64,000 bases of DNA from an uncultured Spirochaetota bacterium (GCA_963820525.1 CAWGAA010000001.1:832001-896000); one strand, 5' to 3'; shown: positions 1 through 10,095, numbered from the stretch's first letter. Numbers and translations are program-made. The notes: generated by a model not told the origin, from the letters alone.

Positions 1-838
1 TGAGTGATCTGCCGCCGGAAAGCTCCACGATGCGGGAGAGGAGAAAGGGCGTGACACCCTTTCCCCGAATTCCCTTCTGCTGGAGCTCTCCCATTGCTTG
101 CTCCACATAGCTTTCAATCTGACTATGAGGGATTTCCCATTCGCCGGGCACGGGATTGGCCACCAGAATTCCCTGATGAAAGCCGAGGAGTCTCTGCGCC
201 TTGAGCATCTGCGCGATCTCCGCAGGAGAATCCACCCGCGACCCCACGGGAAAGCCGCTCGTGCGCGAATAGAAGGCGGGAAACTCCGAGGTGCGGAAGC
301 CGACAACCGGCACCCCGAGCGATTCCAGCACCTCAAGGGTCTTGGAGATATCGAGGATGGCCTTGGCTCCCGCGCAGACCACGCACAGCGATGTCCTGGC
401 CAGCTCCGATAGGTCGGCAGAAATATCGAAGCTCTCCCCAGCTCCACGATGGACCCCGCCGATCCCGCCCGTCGCAAAAACATCGATGCCGGCCATTCGC
501 GCGCCGAGCATCGTGGCCGACACCGTTGTGGCTCCGGTGATGCGCCGCACAAGCGCATAGGACAGGTCCCTACGGGAAACTTTCAACACATCCTTCTGAG
601 CTCCAAGGCGTTCCAGCGCCTTGCCGTCGAGACCGACTCTGATCTTTCCGTCCATGACAGCCACCGTGGCAGGAACCGCACCGGCCAGCCTGGCAATTCT
701 CTCAGCCTCCATAGCCGTCTCGACGTTGAGCGGGTATGGCATTCCGTGACTGATGATCGTGGATTCGAGCGCTACCACGGGAACCGCCGAGCGAAACGCC
801 GTGGCGACCTCCTCGGAGATCCATAGGTAATCGTTCAT
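1..838 (-). CDS. psuG: Pseudouridine-5'-phosphate glycosidase (3' end runs off window)
   Basis: Manual translation from ATG 838 gives MNDYLWISEEVATAFRSAVPVVALESTIISHGMPYP, the PsuG N-terminal signature. ATGA overlap with the upstream kinase. Not in the ORF track because its stop lies outside the window. Confidence 0.92.
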   Translation of the reverse strand, partial: MNDYLWISEEVATAFRSAVPVVALESTIISHGMPYPLNVETAMEAERIARLAGAVPATVAVMDGKIRVGLDGKALERLGAQKDVLKVSRRDLSYALVRRITGATTVSATMLGARMAGIDVFATGGIGGVHRGAGESFDISADLSELARTSLCVVCAGAKAILDISKTLEVLESLGVPVVGFRTSEFPAFYSRTSGFPVGSRVDSPAEIAQMLKAQRLLGFHQGILVANPVPGEWEIPHSQIESYVEQAMGELQQKGIRGKGVTPFLLSRIVELSGGRSL

Positions 839-1689
839 AACACTCCCGTCTGGAGGGCGCGTTCCACCTCGTTCATCGCCCTCCTGACACAATCCGCCAC
901 ATCAAACCCCTTCCTCACTTCATTCAGCACGAGGGCAAGGAGCAGGTCACCGGCCCCAGTGGTATCTCTTGCCGTAACTACCGTGCCGGCAGGGAAGTCG
1001 AGCCTCCTCCCGTGCCAGTAGAGGCTGACACCGCGAGTTCCTCTCTTGAGCACGATGCAGCCAAGAGACATCCGATCGATCAAGCCGAAAAGATCGGCGT
1101 CAGCAAGGGAACGATCCGCTTGCGCATGCCCGTAAGCGAGCGCGGCGGCCTCTAGTTCCGTGGGGGTTACAAGCCAGCAGCCCGAAATCGATCCTGCATG
1201 GCGCGCCGCTTTTTCAACGGAAACAGGCTCGAAAATCACTCGAGCGGCGGCACCATAGCGCTCGAGAAGGCCATGCGTGAGTGTGGAGGAGAGATTCCCG
1301 TCCAACACGAGCATGTCCGCTTGAGAAACACGGCCGATCCGCGAGACCACCCAGTCAAGCTCCAGGCCATTCTCCACGGCTCGCATGTCCGAAGCAGCCA
1401 CCTTCAGCCTCCCGCCTTGCATGAGCGCCAAATAGAGGGAGGGACCCGCATCCTGAATCTTTCTGAGAACAACCCCGGGATCAGCGGCAAGGGCATTTTC
1501 AGCGGATGACGAGATGAGATCCGTTCCTATCGCGGAGATGAACAGCTTGGGAGGCTCGAGGGCCCTGTAGATGTTGTAGCCGACGCCTCCAAGGCGGATG
1601 CTGATCTCGCATGGGTTGGACGTTCCATCGCGAAACGCCTCACGAGCGGCAACCATGTCCACGCTCACGGCACCGACGACCCAGATCAT
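835..1689 (-). CDS. PfkB-family carbohydrate kinase, probable pseudouridine kinase
   Basis: VVGAVSVD, GGVGYNI and DTTGAGD PfkB motifs; translationally coupled to psuG; start placed at MIWVVG. Confidence 0.85.
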   Translation of the reverse strand: MIWVVGAVSVDMVAAREAFRDGTSNPCEISIRLGGVGYNIYRALEPPKLFISAIGTDLISSSAENALAADPGVVLRKIQDAGPSLYLALMQGGRLKVAASDMRAVENGLELDWVVSRIGRVSQADMLVLDGNLSSTLTHGLLERYGAAARVIFEPVSVEKAARHAGSISGCWLVTPTELEAAALAYGHAQADRSLADADLFGLIDRMSLGCIVLKRGTRGVSLYWHGRRLDFPAGTVVTARDTTGAGDLLLALVLNEVRKGFDVADCVRRAMNEVERALQTGVL

Positions 1690-1953
1690 ACCGCATCCCA
1701 CCATGCGCAATGCAGTTCGCGATGTCAACCACCGCGCCTCGTCCCGGTTGATCATCGATCTCTGGTCATTTAGATTAGTCTGTGGGCACAGGAACGAACA
1801 GGTGCGCGGCGGGTATGTCTTCGCGGTTTGGCGAGTGGGCTGACGTAATGGCCTGCCAGGCGGAGACGATTTCACGGACGGGCGACCGCAGATGCCTTTT
1901 CAGTCCTGCGAGCGGGGATTCTATGGCTGCCTAAAGTCTGGCAAGGAGGCGCG

Positions 1954-3312
1954 GTGAGCCCGGACCAGGGAAGCGGACCGTCAATCAGCGAAAGCGCGCT
2001 CATCGAGAGAATCGGCTGGCTCATCAACCTGCGCTGGCTTGCGGCCGGGGCACTTTTTATTGCCATTGCGGCAGCACGCCTGCTTCTCGGCCAGGACGTC
2101 CCCTTCCTCCCCCTGCTGACGGGAAACCTCCTGCTTGCCGCTTCCAACTTCGGCTATCTTTTCCTCTTCAGAAGGCTTGAACCAGGCAGGACGAGTGCGC
2201 CGGCTCTTGCCAATGCCCAGATCACGCTTGATCTTCTCATCCTGACCTACCTCGTGCACCTCTCGGGCGGAATCGAAAACCCCTTCGTCCTTTTCTTCAT
2301 CTTTCACATGGTCATCGCCAGTATCCTTCTTTCCAATCGCGACGCGTATCTCCAGGCCGGATTCGCCACCCTCGCCACGGCGCTCGCCACGGTGGGCGAA
2401 CAGTCGGGAATCATCCGCCATCACACAATCGAGGGCCTGCTGCTTCCGTCCGGCGGCCCAAGCGGCTGGGCCTGGCTGGCGCGATGGAGCGTCCTCTCCT
2501 CCACGCTGTTCATAACCGTGTATCTCAGCACCACCATCGTGAACAGACTCCGCAGTAAGGAGAGAGAGTTGGAGGAGCTGAATCGACGGCTCCTGGAAAA
2601 CGACCGCGTAAAGTCGAGATACGTCATGACCGTGTCCCATGATATCCGCGGCTCGCTCTCCGCGATCCAGTCGAGCCTGCGGGTCGTTCTGGACGGCTAT
2701 ACGGAACCGATTCCGCAAAAGGCACGCGAAATGATCGAGCGCGCCGAGCTTCGAAGCGAGCAGCTCCAGCGCTTCGTGAAGGATCTCCTGGACCTCTCCC
2801 GGATGCGCGCGGCCGGCCAGATGACCAGGGAGATGATCGACGTGACCGAGCTGTTGGCAGAGGCAGTTGCTCGATCACAGTCTCTCCTGGAAGAGAAGAG
2901 TCTCTCGGCCTCAGTGGAGGATCGGGCCGAAGACTCGACGTTGTGCGCCAATCGCGAGGCTCTCGATCATCTGCTCGAAAACCTCCTGGGCAATGCCATC
3001 CGCTATACGCCGCGGGGGGGAAGGATCTCTCTGGAGCTGGAGGATGCGGCAGCCCCGGGGTGGCTCCAGCTCCACGTGCGCGATACGGGCATCGGAATTC
3101 CCGAGGAGGAGCTTCCCCACATTTTCGAGGATTTCTATCGGGCGAAAAATGCACGGCAGTATGTGCAGGAGAGCACGGGTCTGGGCCTCTCCATCGTCAA
3201 ACAGATCGTGGAAGCCCATGGAGGCGGCGTTCGCGCGAAGAGCGAGCCTGGCGGAGGGACGACCATCACGGTCAGCCTGCCCGGGAAGAGCCTCTCCTGC
3301 GGCGAGCGGTGA
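1954..3312 (+). CDS. Membrane-bound sensor histidine kinase
   Basis: Multiple TM helices; H-box VSHDIRGSL, N-box NLLGNAIRY, G1 DTGIGI, G2 GLGLSIV; AAGGAGG RBS upstream. Confidence 0.93.
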   Translation: MSPDQGSGPSISESALIERIGWLINLRWLAAGALFIAIAAARLLLGQDVPFLPLLTGNLLLAASNFGYLFLFRRLEPGRTSAPALANAQITLDLLILTYLVHLSGGIENPFVLFFIFHMVIASILLSNRDAYLQAGFATLATALATVGEQSGIIRHHTIEGLLLPSGGPSGWAWLARWSVLSSTLFITVYLSTTIVNRLRSKERELEELNRRLLENDRVKSRYVMTVSHDIRGSLSAIQSSLRVVLDGYTEPIPQKAREMIERAELRSEQLQRFVKDLLDLSRMRAAGQMTREMIDVTELLAEAVARSQSLLEEKSLSASVEDRAEDSTLCANREALDHLLENLLGNAIRYTPRGGRISLELEDAAAPGWLQLHVRDTGIGIPEEELPHIFEDFYRAKNARQYVQESTGLGLSIVKQIVEAHGGGVRAKSEPGGGTTITVSLPGKSLSCGER

Positions 3313-3363
3313 AGAGGCGCGGCCCATCTGCCTGCAGCGGGCATTAATCGGAGCGATGGAGCT

Positions 3364-4287
3364 TCAGTCGGATTTCAGCAGTGAGCGCAAGGTAGCAACG
3401 AGGATGCCGGCGTCGACGGGCTTCTGGAATATCCCCGCAAGCCCGAGCTCCCGAGTGCCGATGTTGTAGCGTACGGCGTCCCCCGCGGCGCTCAAGAGGT
3501 AGATGGGGCAGGTGAAGCCGGCCTCCTTCAGGCGCGAGGAGACCTTGCTCCCTGCATCAACCGTCTCCATCATCAGGTCCAGGAGGATCGCATCCGGCTT
3601 CACCGCGTGAGCGATCTTCAACCCCGATTCTCCATCGGCCGCCTCTCCAACGGCGAAACCCGCTGATTCCAACACGATGCGCAGCGCGGCACGCACGTCG
3701 GGGTCGTCGTCGACGATCAGAATGGTCTTGGTCCGTGCCTCAGTCTCCGCCATAAATGCCTCTCTCCCCTTGCGCAGAAGAACATCGAGGAAGGCGACGC
3801 TCAAGGCAGCGTTTCGCCGCGCCCCCCCGCTCAAGCCCTCTCCCACCCCAAAATGATACCCGCGAACCCCGAAAAGCCATGCGGGCGGCCGCGCGCCGAA
3901 GCTCGCTTCGCAGACGGCCAGAAGATCCCGCGGGCCGAAGAGATGCGTGGTGAATGACGTCACGGCTCGTTGATGGCCGCCCGCGCTCACGTTTTCCCGC
4001 CGAATGGGCGTCATGCTGAACGGCGCGGGTCCCTTCCGCGCCGCATCGATGAAGAGCGCGGCCCGCGTAGCGGCAAGCTCAGCACATTGCTCCAGCGCCG
4101 GCTGAAAGGCCGTCTCAACGATGACGAGCCCCGGATGGAGCCTCTCCAGCTCCTCGGCAACGGCAGGCCCGAGACCGTCATCGCGCCGTCCCGGGTTGCC
4201 GTAGCCTAGAATCAAGAGTGGCGGGCCGCCATTACCGTCATGCCGGGAGGCGCCATGAACGCGGATCCACCCATCTCCCTCACTCAT
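3364..4287 (-). CDS. hoxW: Hydrogenase maturation protease (HoxW/HycI-type) in frame with a C-terminal receiver domain (internal ATG at 3753)
   Basis: LILGYGNPGRRDDGLG, FIDAA and TTH protease motifs, then ILIVDDD, LLDLMM and IFQKP REC motifs with no stop between; ATGA overlap with hoxH. Confidence 0.85.
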   Translation of the reverse strand: MSEGDGWIRVHGASRHDGNGGPPLLILGYGNPGRRDDGLGPAVAEELERLHPGLVIVETAFQPALEQCAELAATRAALFIDAARKGPAPFSMTPIRRENVSAGGHQRAVTSFTTHLFGPRDLLAVCEASFGARPPAWLFGVRGYHFGVGEGLSGGARRNAALSVAFLDVLLRKGREAFMAETEARTKTILIVDDDPDVRAALRIVLESAGFAVGEAADGESGLKIAHAVKPDAILLDLMMETVDAGSKVSSRLKEAGFTCPIYLLSAAGDAVRYNIGTRELGLAGIFQKPVDAGILVATLRSLLKSD

Positions 4288-5711
4288 TCCTGCCCGCGGA
4301 CCTTCCTGTCCAGGACACGGCCGCCCGCGTCCACGATCTCCGCTTCGAGCCCCATGCTGCCGAGCGCATGTGTGGCGCAGCTCAGGCATGGATCGAATGC
4401 GCGGATGGCCACCTCCACCTTGTTCAGCAGCCCCTCCGTGATCTTTTTTCCCGAGAGCTCATCCCGCGCCACGGCCTGCACTGCCCTGTTCATCGCTTCG
4501 TTGTTGCTCGTCGTGGAAACGATGAGATTCGCCATCTCCACCGTGTCGTCCGGGCGGACCCGGTAGTGGTGGAAGAGCGTGCCGCGAGGCGCCTCGATCC
4601 AGGAGGCTCCCTCGGATCTCCGCGTTCCGGTGACGATGAGGTCCGCTCCCTGAAGATCGGCATCGTTCAGGAGCTCCGTGATCTTCTCCGCCGCGTGGAG
4701 CGCCTCGATGAGCCTGGCCCAATGGTAGGCAAGGGTCATGTGCACGGGCCTTCCGCCTCCCAGGGAGATGAACTCGCCCCGCTCTTTCTCCGCCAGCGGG
4801 GTGTCGATGAAGTCGCAGGTATTGAGGCGTGCCAGGGGGCCGACACGGTACCAGCCCTTCTCCTTTCCCAATGAGAGGATGAAGGGGAACTTCATGTAGC
4901 TCCACGGCCGCGCTTCCTCGCGGATCACGGTGAGGTACTCGCTGGGGGGCACCTTGTCCAGGATGATCTTTCCCTCAGCATCCTTGGCCCGCAAGAGGCC
5001 GTCGTAGAAGTCCAGAGCGCCGTCCCGGCGAACGATGCTCAAGAAGTTGCCCTCGAACCCCGCGAAGGCGCGGAAGTAGGGCTCGTTCTGGCGGAAAAGC
5101 CTCTTGAACAGGTCGAGGGCCTCCTGCGCCCAGGCGATCATGTTCTGCGTCTGAGGGAGAAGCTCGTCGCGCTCCTTCAGGGAGAGGTTCTTGTTGATCC
5201 CGCCCGGCACAGCGCCCGTGCCATGGATCCTCTTTCCCGCGGTGGCGCGGATGACCTCCTGACCGAATTTCCGCATCAGCACGGCCTTTCGGACGAGCTC
5301 GGGATTCGCGAGCGCCAGCCCCACGACGTTTCGCGTGGAGGGCGCGCTCTCGAATCCGAGGAGAAGGTCCGGCGCGGCGAGGTAGAAGAAATGCAGGGCG
5401 TGGGACTGGAAGACCTGGCCGTAATGCATGAGGCGGCGCATCTTTTCAGCCGTTGGGGTAAGGCGATCCGCGCCCACGACCACATCCATCGCCTTGGCGG
5501 CGGCCAGCAGGTGGCTGATGGGGCAGATCCCGCACAGCCGCTGCACCATGACGGGAACCTCCCAGTAGAGCCGCCCCTGGACGAAGCGCTCGAACCCTCG
5601 AAACTCCACGATGTGGAAGCGCGCGCGCGTCACCTTGCCCGCGTTGTCGAGCTGGATCGTGACCTTGCCGTGGCCTTCCACGCGCGTGACGGGATTGATA
5701 ACGACCTTCAT
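4284..5711 (-). CDS. hoxH: [NiFe]-hydrogenase large subunit, group 3d
   Basis: TRVEGHG, L1 RLCGICP, L2 DPCLSCATH followed by a cleavable C-terminal extension. Confidence 0.95.
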   Translation of the reverse strand: MKVVINPVTRVEGHGKVTIQLDNAGKVTRARFHIVEFRGFERFVQGRLYWEVPVMVQRLCGICPISHLLAAAKAMDVVVGADRLTPTAEKMRRLMHYGQVFQSHALHFFYLAAPDLLLGFESAPSTRNVVGLALANPELVRKAVLMRKFGQEVIRATAGKRIHGTGAVPGGINKNLSLKERDELLPQTQNMIAWAQEALDLFKRLFRQNEPYFRAFAGFEGNFLSIVRRDGALDFYDGLLRAKDAEGKIILDKVPPSEYLTVIREEARPWSYMKFPFILSLGKEKGWYRVGPLARLNTCDFIDTPLAEKERGEFISLGGGRPVHMTLAYHWARLIEALHAAEKITELLNDADLQGADLIVTGTRRSEGASWIEAPRGTLFHHYRVRPDDTVEMANLIVSTTSNNEAMNRAVQAVARDELSGKKITEGLLNKVEVAIRAFDPCLSCATHALGSMGLEAEIVDAGGRVLDRKVRGQE

Positions 5712-5736
5712 TCCACGGCCTCCCATGCTCCAGCCC

Positions 5737-6276
5737 TCAGTCGTACTTGATCATCCGGTAGGCCAGATCGATTTTCGCCCCGGAGAGAAGCGCGGTGAGG
5801 AAGTCCCAGAGTGTGTCCCCCGAGGGCGGACAACCAGGAAGAAAATAGTCGATCTTCACGACTTCATGGCTGGGATACACCCGGTCGAGGAGGATGGGGA
5901 TATCGGGGTCATTGGGCAGGACCCCATCCGCCACCGACGGGCCCTTCAGGTACGCCTCCTCCAGGCATTCGGAGAGCGGCACCATGTTGCGCATGGCCGG
6001 CACGCCACCCGTGAGGGCGCATTCGCCGACCGATACGAGGATGCGGCAATGCTCGCGAAAGGCGCGAAGCACGTGAACGTTCTCGTCGCTGGAGCACCCT
6101 CCCTCGATGAGCCCCACGTCGCAGGGACCGCTGAACTCCTTGATGTCGTCGAGGGGAGACTTGTCGAGGTCCACGAGCTCGATGAGGGAGAGAAGCCGCT
6201 CGTCGATGTCGAGCAGGGACATGTGACAGCCAAAGCAGCCCGTCAGATGGGCCGTCGCGATCCGCGCCTTACCCAT
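5737..6276 (-). CDS. hoxY: [NiFe]-hydrogenase small subunit
   Basis: GCFGCHMS, GECA and PGCPP motifs; short single-cluster form. Confidence 0.93.
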   Translation of the reverse strand: MGKARIATAHLTGCFGCHMSLLDIDERLLSLIELVDLDKSPLDDIKEFSGPCDVGLIEGGCSSDENVHVLRAFREHCRILVSVGECALTGGVPAMRNMVPLSECLEEAYLKGPSVADGVLPNDPDIPILLDRVYPSHEVVKIDYFLPGCPPSGDTLWDFLTALLSGAKIDLAYRMIKYD

Positions 6277-6988
6277 TGGTCTTCCTCTTTCTCTCGATGT
6301 CGGAGCCGATGGGCTCGTTGTCGTAGCGCCTTCTTCCGTACGGGATGCGGTAGCCGAGCCTCTTCACCATGAGGCACCCCGTGGGACAGATGCGCGCCGC
6401 GCGGTCTATTGCGGACATCACCGTGTCCGAGAGACCCGCTTCGGAGTCCACGGCGAGCTCGGTATGAATTCCCCTGCCGACAAAGGCGAACACGCCCTTT
6501 CCGTCAAGGTCGCGCGAGGCGAGCACGCACCTGCCGCACAGGATGCAGCGGTTCCTGTCGACGAAGACGTCGGGATGAGATCCATCGACGGGGCGCCGGG
6601 GATAGAAATAGGGATCCGTCGGGGCGGTCATCCCGAGGCGGTATCCCATGGCCTGAAGCTCGCAGGAGCCGCTCGCTTCGCAGAAGGGGCAGAAGTGGTT
6701 GCCCTCGACGAACATCATCTCCACGATCCGCCGCCTCTCGGCGTTCATCCCCGGCGTATCGTTTTCAACCACCATCCCTTCTCCCGCCGTCATGGTGCAC
6801 GAGCTTGCCGGCCTGCCGTTCACCAGCACGGTGCAGATGCGACAGTGTCCTCCGGGGGCGAGGTCGGGGTGATAGCAGAGCCGGGGGATATAGACGCCGG
6901 CCGCATCCGCGGCCTGGAGAATCGTCTGGCCCTGCTCCGCCTCGATCTTTACCCCATCGATGATGAAGTGAACCCTCTGCTCGCTCAC
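6269..6988 (-). CDS. hoxU: Diaphorase Fe-S subunit (NuoG N-terminal-like)
   Basis: IPRLCYH, CRICTV, HFCPFC, CILCGRC and CPTG cysteine motifs. Confidence 0.92.
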   Translation of the reverse strand: MSEQRVHFIIDGVKIEAEQGQTILQAADAAGVYIPRLCYHPDLAPGGHCRICTVLVNGRPASSCTMTAGEGMVVENDTPGMNAERRRIVEMMFVEGNHFCPFCEASGSCELQAMGYRLGMTAPTDPYFYPRRPVDGSHPDVFVDRNRCILCGRCVLASRDLDGKGVFAFVGRGIHTELAVDSEAGLSDTVMSAIDRAARICPTGCLMVKRLGYRIPYGRRRYDNEPIGSDIERKRKTNG

Positions 6989-8760
6989 TCTGTGCCCCCC
7001 TTTGCCGGAGGTTTCCGCCCGGTGAAGAGGATAGCGGGTTGGAGAGCCTTGTCCAGGTCGAGCTCGGGTCCGAACTCTCCGGGCTGGACGAGCAGATCAT
7101 AGAGGTGGGGGAAGTTTCGAAGGCTCGTGAGGATGGGATTGGCTGAAGTCTGCCCCAGGCCGCAGCGACTCATCCTCTCCACGGTCTGTCCCAGCTTTTC
7201 CAGCTCCGCGAGGTCGGCCCGCACCGCCTTTCCTGCCAGGATCTTGTCCAGCTTCTTCAGCAGCAGGGAGGTGCCGATTCGGCAGGGATCACACCAGCCG
7301 CAGGACTCCTCCACGAAGAAAGCCGTGAAGGCGCGCACAATGCGAAGCACGTCGCGGCTCTCGTCGAACATCATCACGGCGCCGCCCGTCGGCACGTCCT
7401 CGAAGCATATCCGCCTTCCCAGGTCCTTCGCGGCCAGACATTGGCCCGACGGACCTCCCACCTGAACCGCCTGCACCCTTCGCGCCCCCACCGTCTCCAG
7501 CAGCCTGTCGATCACGATCCCGAACTCAAGCTCGTACACCCCCGGACGATCGCAATCCCCCGATACGCTCAGGAGCTTCGTCCCCGTCGAATCCTTGGTG
7601 CCCATCGCGGCGAACCACTCGGCGCCCCGCTCCATGACCCGCGCGGCTGCGCACAGGGTCTCGGCGTTGTTCACGGCTGTGGGCTGATTCTTGAATCCCT
7701 GCTGAACGGGATACGGAGGCCTGTCCCTGGGAGCGCCGCGCTTGCCTTCCAGAGACTCGATGAGGGAGGACTCCTCCCCGCACACGTACGCTCCGGCCCC
7801 GAGCTGGACGCGGATATCGTAATCAAAGCCTTCGCGCCCGCAGACCGAGGAGCCCAAGAGCCCAAGCCTCCGTCTGCGCTCAAGCGCCTGCTCGAGTGAA
7901 TCACGGAGGTACGCGTACTCGCCGCGGAGATACAGGATGCCCTCCCTCGCCCCGAGGGCGTATCCCGCCACCGTCATCCCCTCGAAAAGGAGATCAGGGG
8001 CTTCGGCGAGGATGACCCGGTCCTTGAAGGTGCCCGGCTCCCCCTCGTCGCAGTTGCAGAGCAGATAATGGGCTTCTCCCGGCGCTTTGCGGCAGAGGCT
8101 CCACTTCATCGCCGTCGGAAAGCCCGCCCCACCTCTTCCCCGAAGCCGGGATTTGCCGATCTGCTCGATCACTCCTTCGGGGCTCATGTTCAGGGCGGCC
8201 CTGATGGCGGCGCCCCGTTCCATGGGCGAAAAGATCACCGGGCCAGCTTGGCGGATATTGCTTTCCACCCGTGTTGCGTGAAAGGGGGAGCCCGGGGCCG
8301 CGCGGAGGGCTTTCACGATTTTCTTCGCGTCCTTGGGCGCGATGTTTGTGAGCACGTCGCTGCCTATCAGCGCCGCCGGAGACTGGTCGCACATCCCGAT
8401 GCAGGAGGTGTGGGCGAGGGAGATCTCGTTATCCGATCCGGCCTGCCCGAAACGCGTCCCCGTTTCCTTCTCCAGCGCCCGTTCCACCTCTTCGGCGCCC
8501 CGCAGCGCGCCCGCCACGCAGGTGCTGAGACGGATCGTCGCCTTTCCCTCGGGCTCAAGCGAGATGAAGGAGTAGAAGCTCAAGCAGTCCCTCACCTCCA
8601 CGGGCCTCAGGCCCAGAGCCTGGGCGATTTCGCTCACGGACTGCCGGCCGACGAAGCCGAACCGAGCCTGCACTTCACGTGCAACGTCGAGCAGCCGCGT
8701 ACTGTCATTGCCGAATCGCTTTGCGATTTCCCCCACGATTGAAGAGGTGTCATCAGGCAT
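6985..8760 (-). CDS. hoxF: Diaphorase flavoprotein subunit (NuoE-like + NuoF domains)
   Basis: LRGRGGAGFPT, CNCDEGEPGTFKDR, GAGAYVCGEE, ESCGWCDPCRIG; AAGGAGG RBS before ATG 8760. Confidence 0.94.
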   Translation of the reverse strand: MPDDTSSIVGEIAKRFGNDSTRLLDVAREVQARFGFVGRQSVSEIAQALGLRPVEVRDCLSFYSFISLEPEGKATIRLSTCVAGALRGAEEVERALEKETGTRFGQAGSDNEISLAHTSCIGMCDQSPAALIGSDVLTNIAPKDAKKIVKALRAAPGSPFHATRVESNIRQAGPVIFSPMERGAAIRAALNMSPEGVIEQIGKSRLRGRGGAGFPTAMKWSLCRKAPGEAHYLLCNCDEGEPGTFKDRVILAEAPDLLFEGMTVAGYALGAREGILYLRGEYAYLRDSLEQALERRRRLGLLGSSVCGREGFDYDIRVQLGAGAYVCGEESSLIESLEGKRGAPRDRPPYPVQQGFKNQPTAVNNAETLCAAARVMERGAEWFAAMGTKDSTGTKLLSVSGDCDRPGVYELEFGIVIDRLLETVGARRVQAVQVGGPSGQCLAAKDLGRRICFEDVPTGGAVMMFDESRDVLRIVRAFTAFFVEESCGWCDPCRIGTSLLLKKLDKILAGKAVRADLAELEKLGQTVERMSRCGLGQTSANPILTSLRNFPHLYDLLVQPGEFGPELDLDKALQPAILFTGRKPPAKGGTE

Positions 8761-8876
8761 GTCCGCCTCCTTCCCCGGAAGGCCAGTCAACGGCTCGCCT
8801 CGAGGGCGGCCACCATGGAGAAAGCGGTCTCGCAACAGCCGGCCGAGGCGGCCGGCGAGCAGATTTCTATTCAGCC

Positions 8877-8905
8877 ATTGAACAGGGGAAGCGGAGCGTT
8901 GTCAA
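8877..8905 (-). promoter_or_regulatory. Putative sigma70 promoter of the hox operon
   Basis: TTGACA-17 nt-TTCAAT on the minus strand, about 115 nt upstream of hoxF. Confidence 0.5.
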
Positions 8906-8976
8906 GGTTCGGCCGCCGCTGTGTCAAGGCCGCAGCTGCCGCCGTCCGGAGCCGGACGGCCGCGCGGGTGAGCGGA

Positions 8977-10092
8977 TCATTTCCCGAAAGCCGCGATCCC
9001 CGTCTCAAGCTCCCCGCGACCCGCCGGGTTGTCCGGCAGCGCGCCTGCGGATTGCACGGCCGCGATGACATAATCCCGGACCAGGCTCTCCGGAATCCTC
9101 ATCATCGCGGGGTAATCCAGGTCCGCGGTGAGGACCACCACCAGATCGTAGACGGGAAGAACGAATATCCGCTGGCCCCCGTATCCATCGGCGTCGTATC
9201 CGCCAAACGGCGTCACCCACCAGTGCAGGGCGTACCCCTGCCCTTCCAGCGCATCCATCCGCCGCGCCGTGGACTCCCGAACCCAGGAGGCGGGAACGAT
9301 CTCGATCGCCATCCATCGTCCCTCCCGCAGGTAGAGGTAACCGAAGCGGGCCATGTCCCGGCTGGTCATTCTGACTGCGTACCCGCCGAACGAAGTGCCG
9401 TCGGAGGCGGTAGGCCAGATGGCGCTCGTAATGCCGAGAGGACCGAGGAGGTTCTCCCGGGCGAAGTCAGCCTCCTTCTTCCCGGTGACCTTCTGGAGTA
9501 TCGCGGAAATCACCTCGGAGCCGCCGGTGTTGTAGTTCCAGCGGCTCCCCGGCACGGCTTCAAGCGGGCGGCTCAATACGAAGCCCACCCTATCGGGCTC
9601 CTTCTCCATCTTGAGAAGACTGTCGGATGCATTCGGAGACTCCCATTCATCCCATGCCAGACCACTGGTCATGCCCAGGAGCTGGGCGATAGTGATCGAT
9701 GCCTTGCGGGGATCATCAGCCCCATCTGCAGGGAAGAAGTCGATAACCTTCTGCTCGATACTCTGGAGCAGTCCCTTCCGCAGGGCAATGCCGATGAGAG
9801 CCGACGTCAGACTCTTGGTGCAGGAGTTGATGGGCTGCGGCGCTTCCGCGGAAAAGCCTCTCGCGTAGGCTTCCAGCGCTACTTTGCCATGCCGAACCAC
9901 CAGCACGGAATGAAGCGCGATCCGGCTGCTGATCACATACCGGAGCATCTTTGCCAGGACGGAGGAGCTCATCCCGACGTTTTCCGGCGAAGCGTATCTC
10001 CAGGCGGCGCCGGGCCATTGGCCCGTTTGCGTCCAGGCGAGCGCGGAAACAAGGAGAAGAAGCGCCGAAAGGAAAGCATCCCGCGCTCTCAA
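8977..10092 (-). CDS. Secreted serine hydrolase, beta-lactamase/AmpC-like family
   Basis: Signal peptide; SCTK (SxxK), LLGMTSGL and WNYNT motifs. Confidence 0.88.
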   Translation of the reverse strand: MRARDAFLSALLLLVSALAWTQTGQWPGAAWRYASPENVGMSSSVLAKMLRYVISSRIALHSVLVVRHGKVALEAYARGFSAEAPQPINSCTKSLTSALIGIALRKGLLQSIEQKVIDFFPADGADDPRKASITIAQLLGMTSGLAWDEWESPNASDSLLKMEKEPDRVGFVLSRPLEAVPGSRWNYNTGGSEVISAILQKVTGKKEADFARENLLGPLGITSAIWPTASDGTSFGGYAVRMTSRDMARFGYLYLREGRWMAIEIVPASWVRESTARRMDALEGQGYALHWWVTPFGGYDADGYGGQRIFVLPVYDLVVVLTADLDYPAMMRIPESLVRDYVIAAVQSAGALPDNPAGRGELETGIAAFGK

Positions 10093-10095
10093 GCT

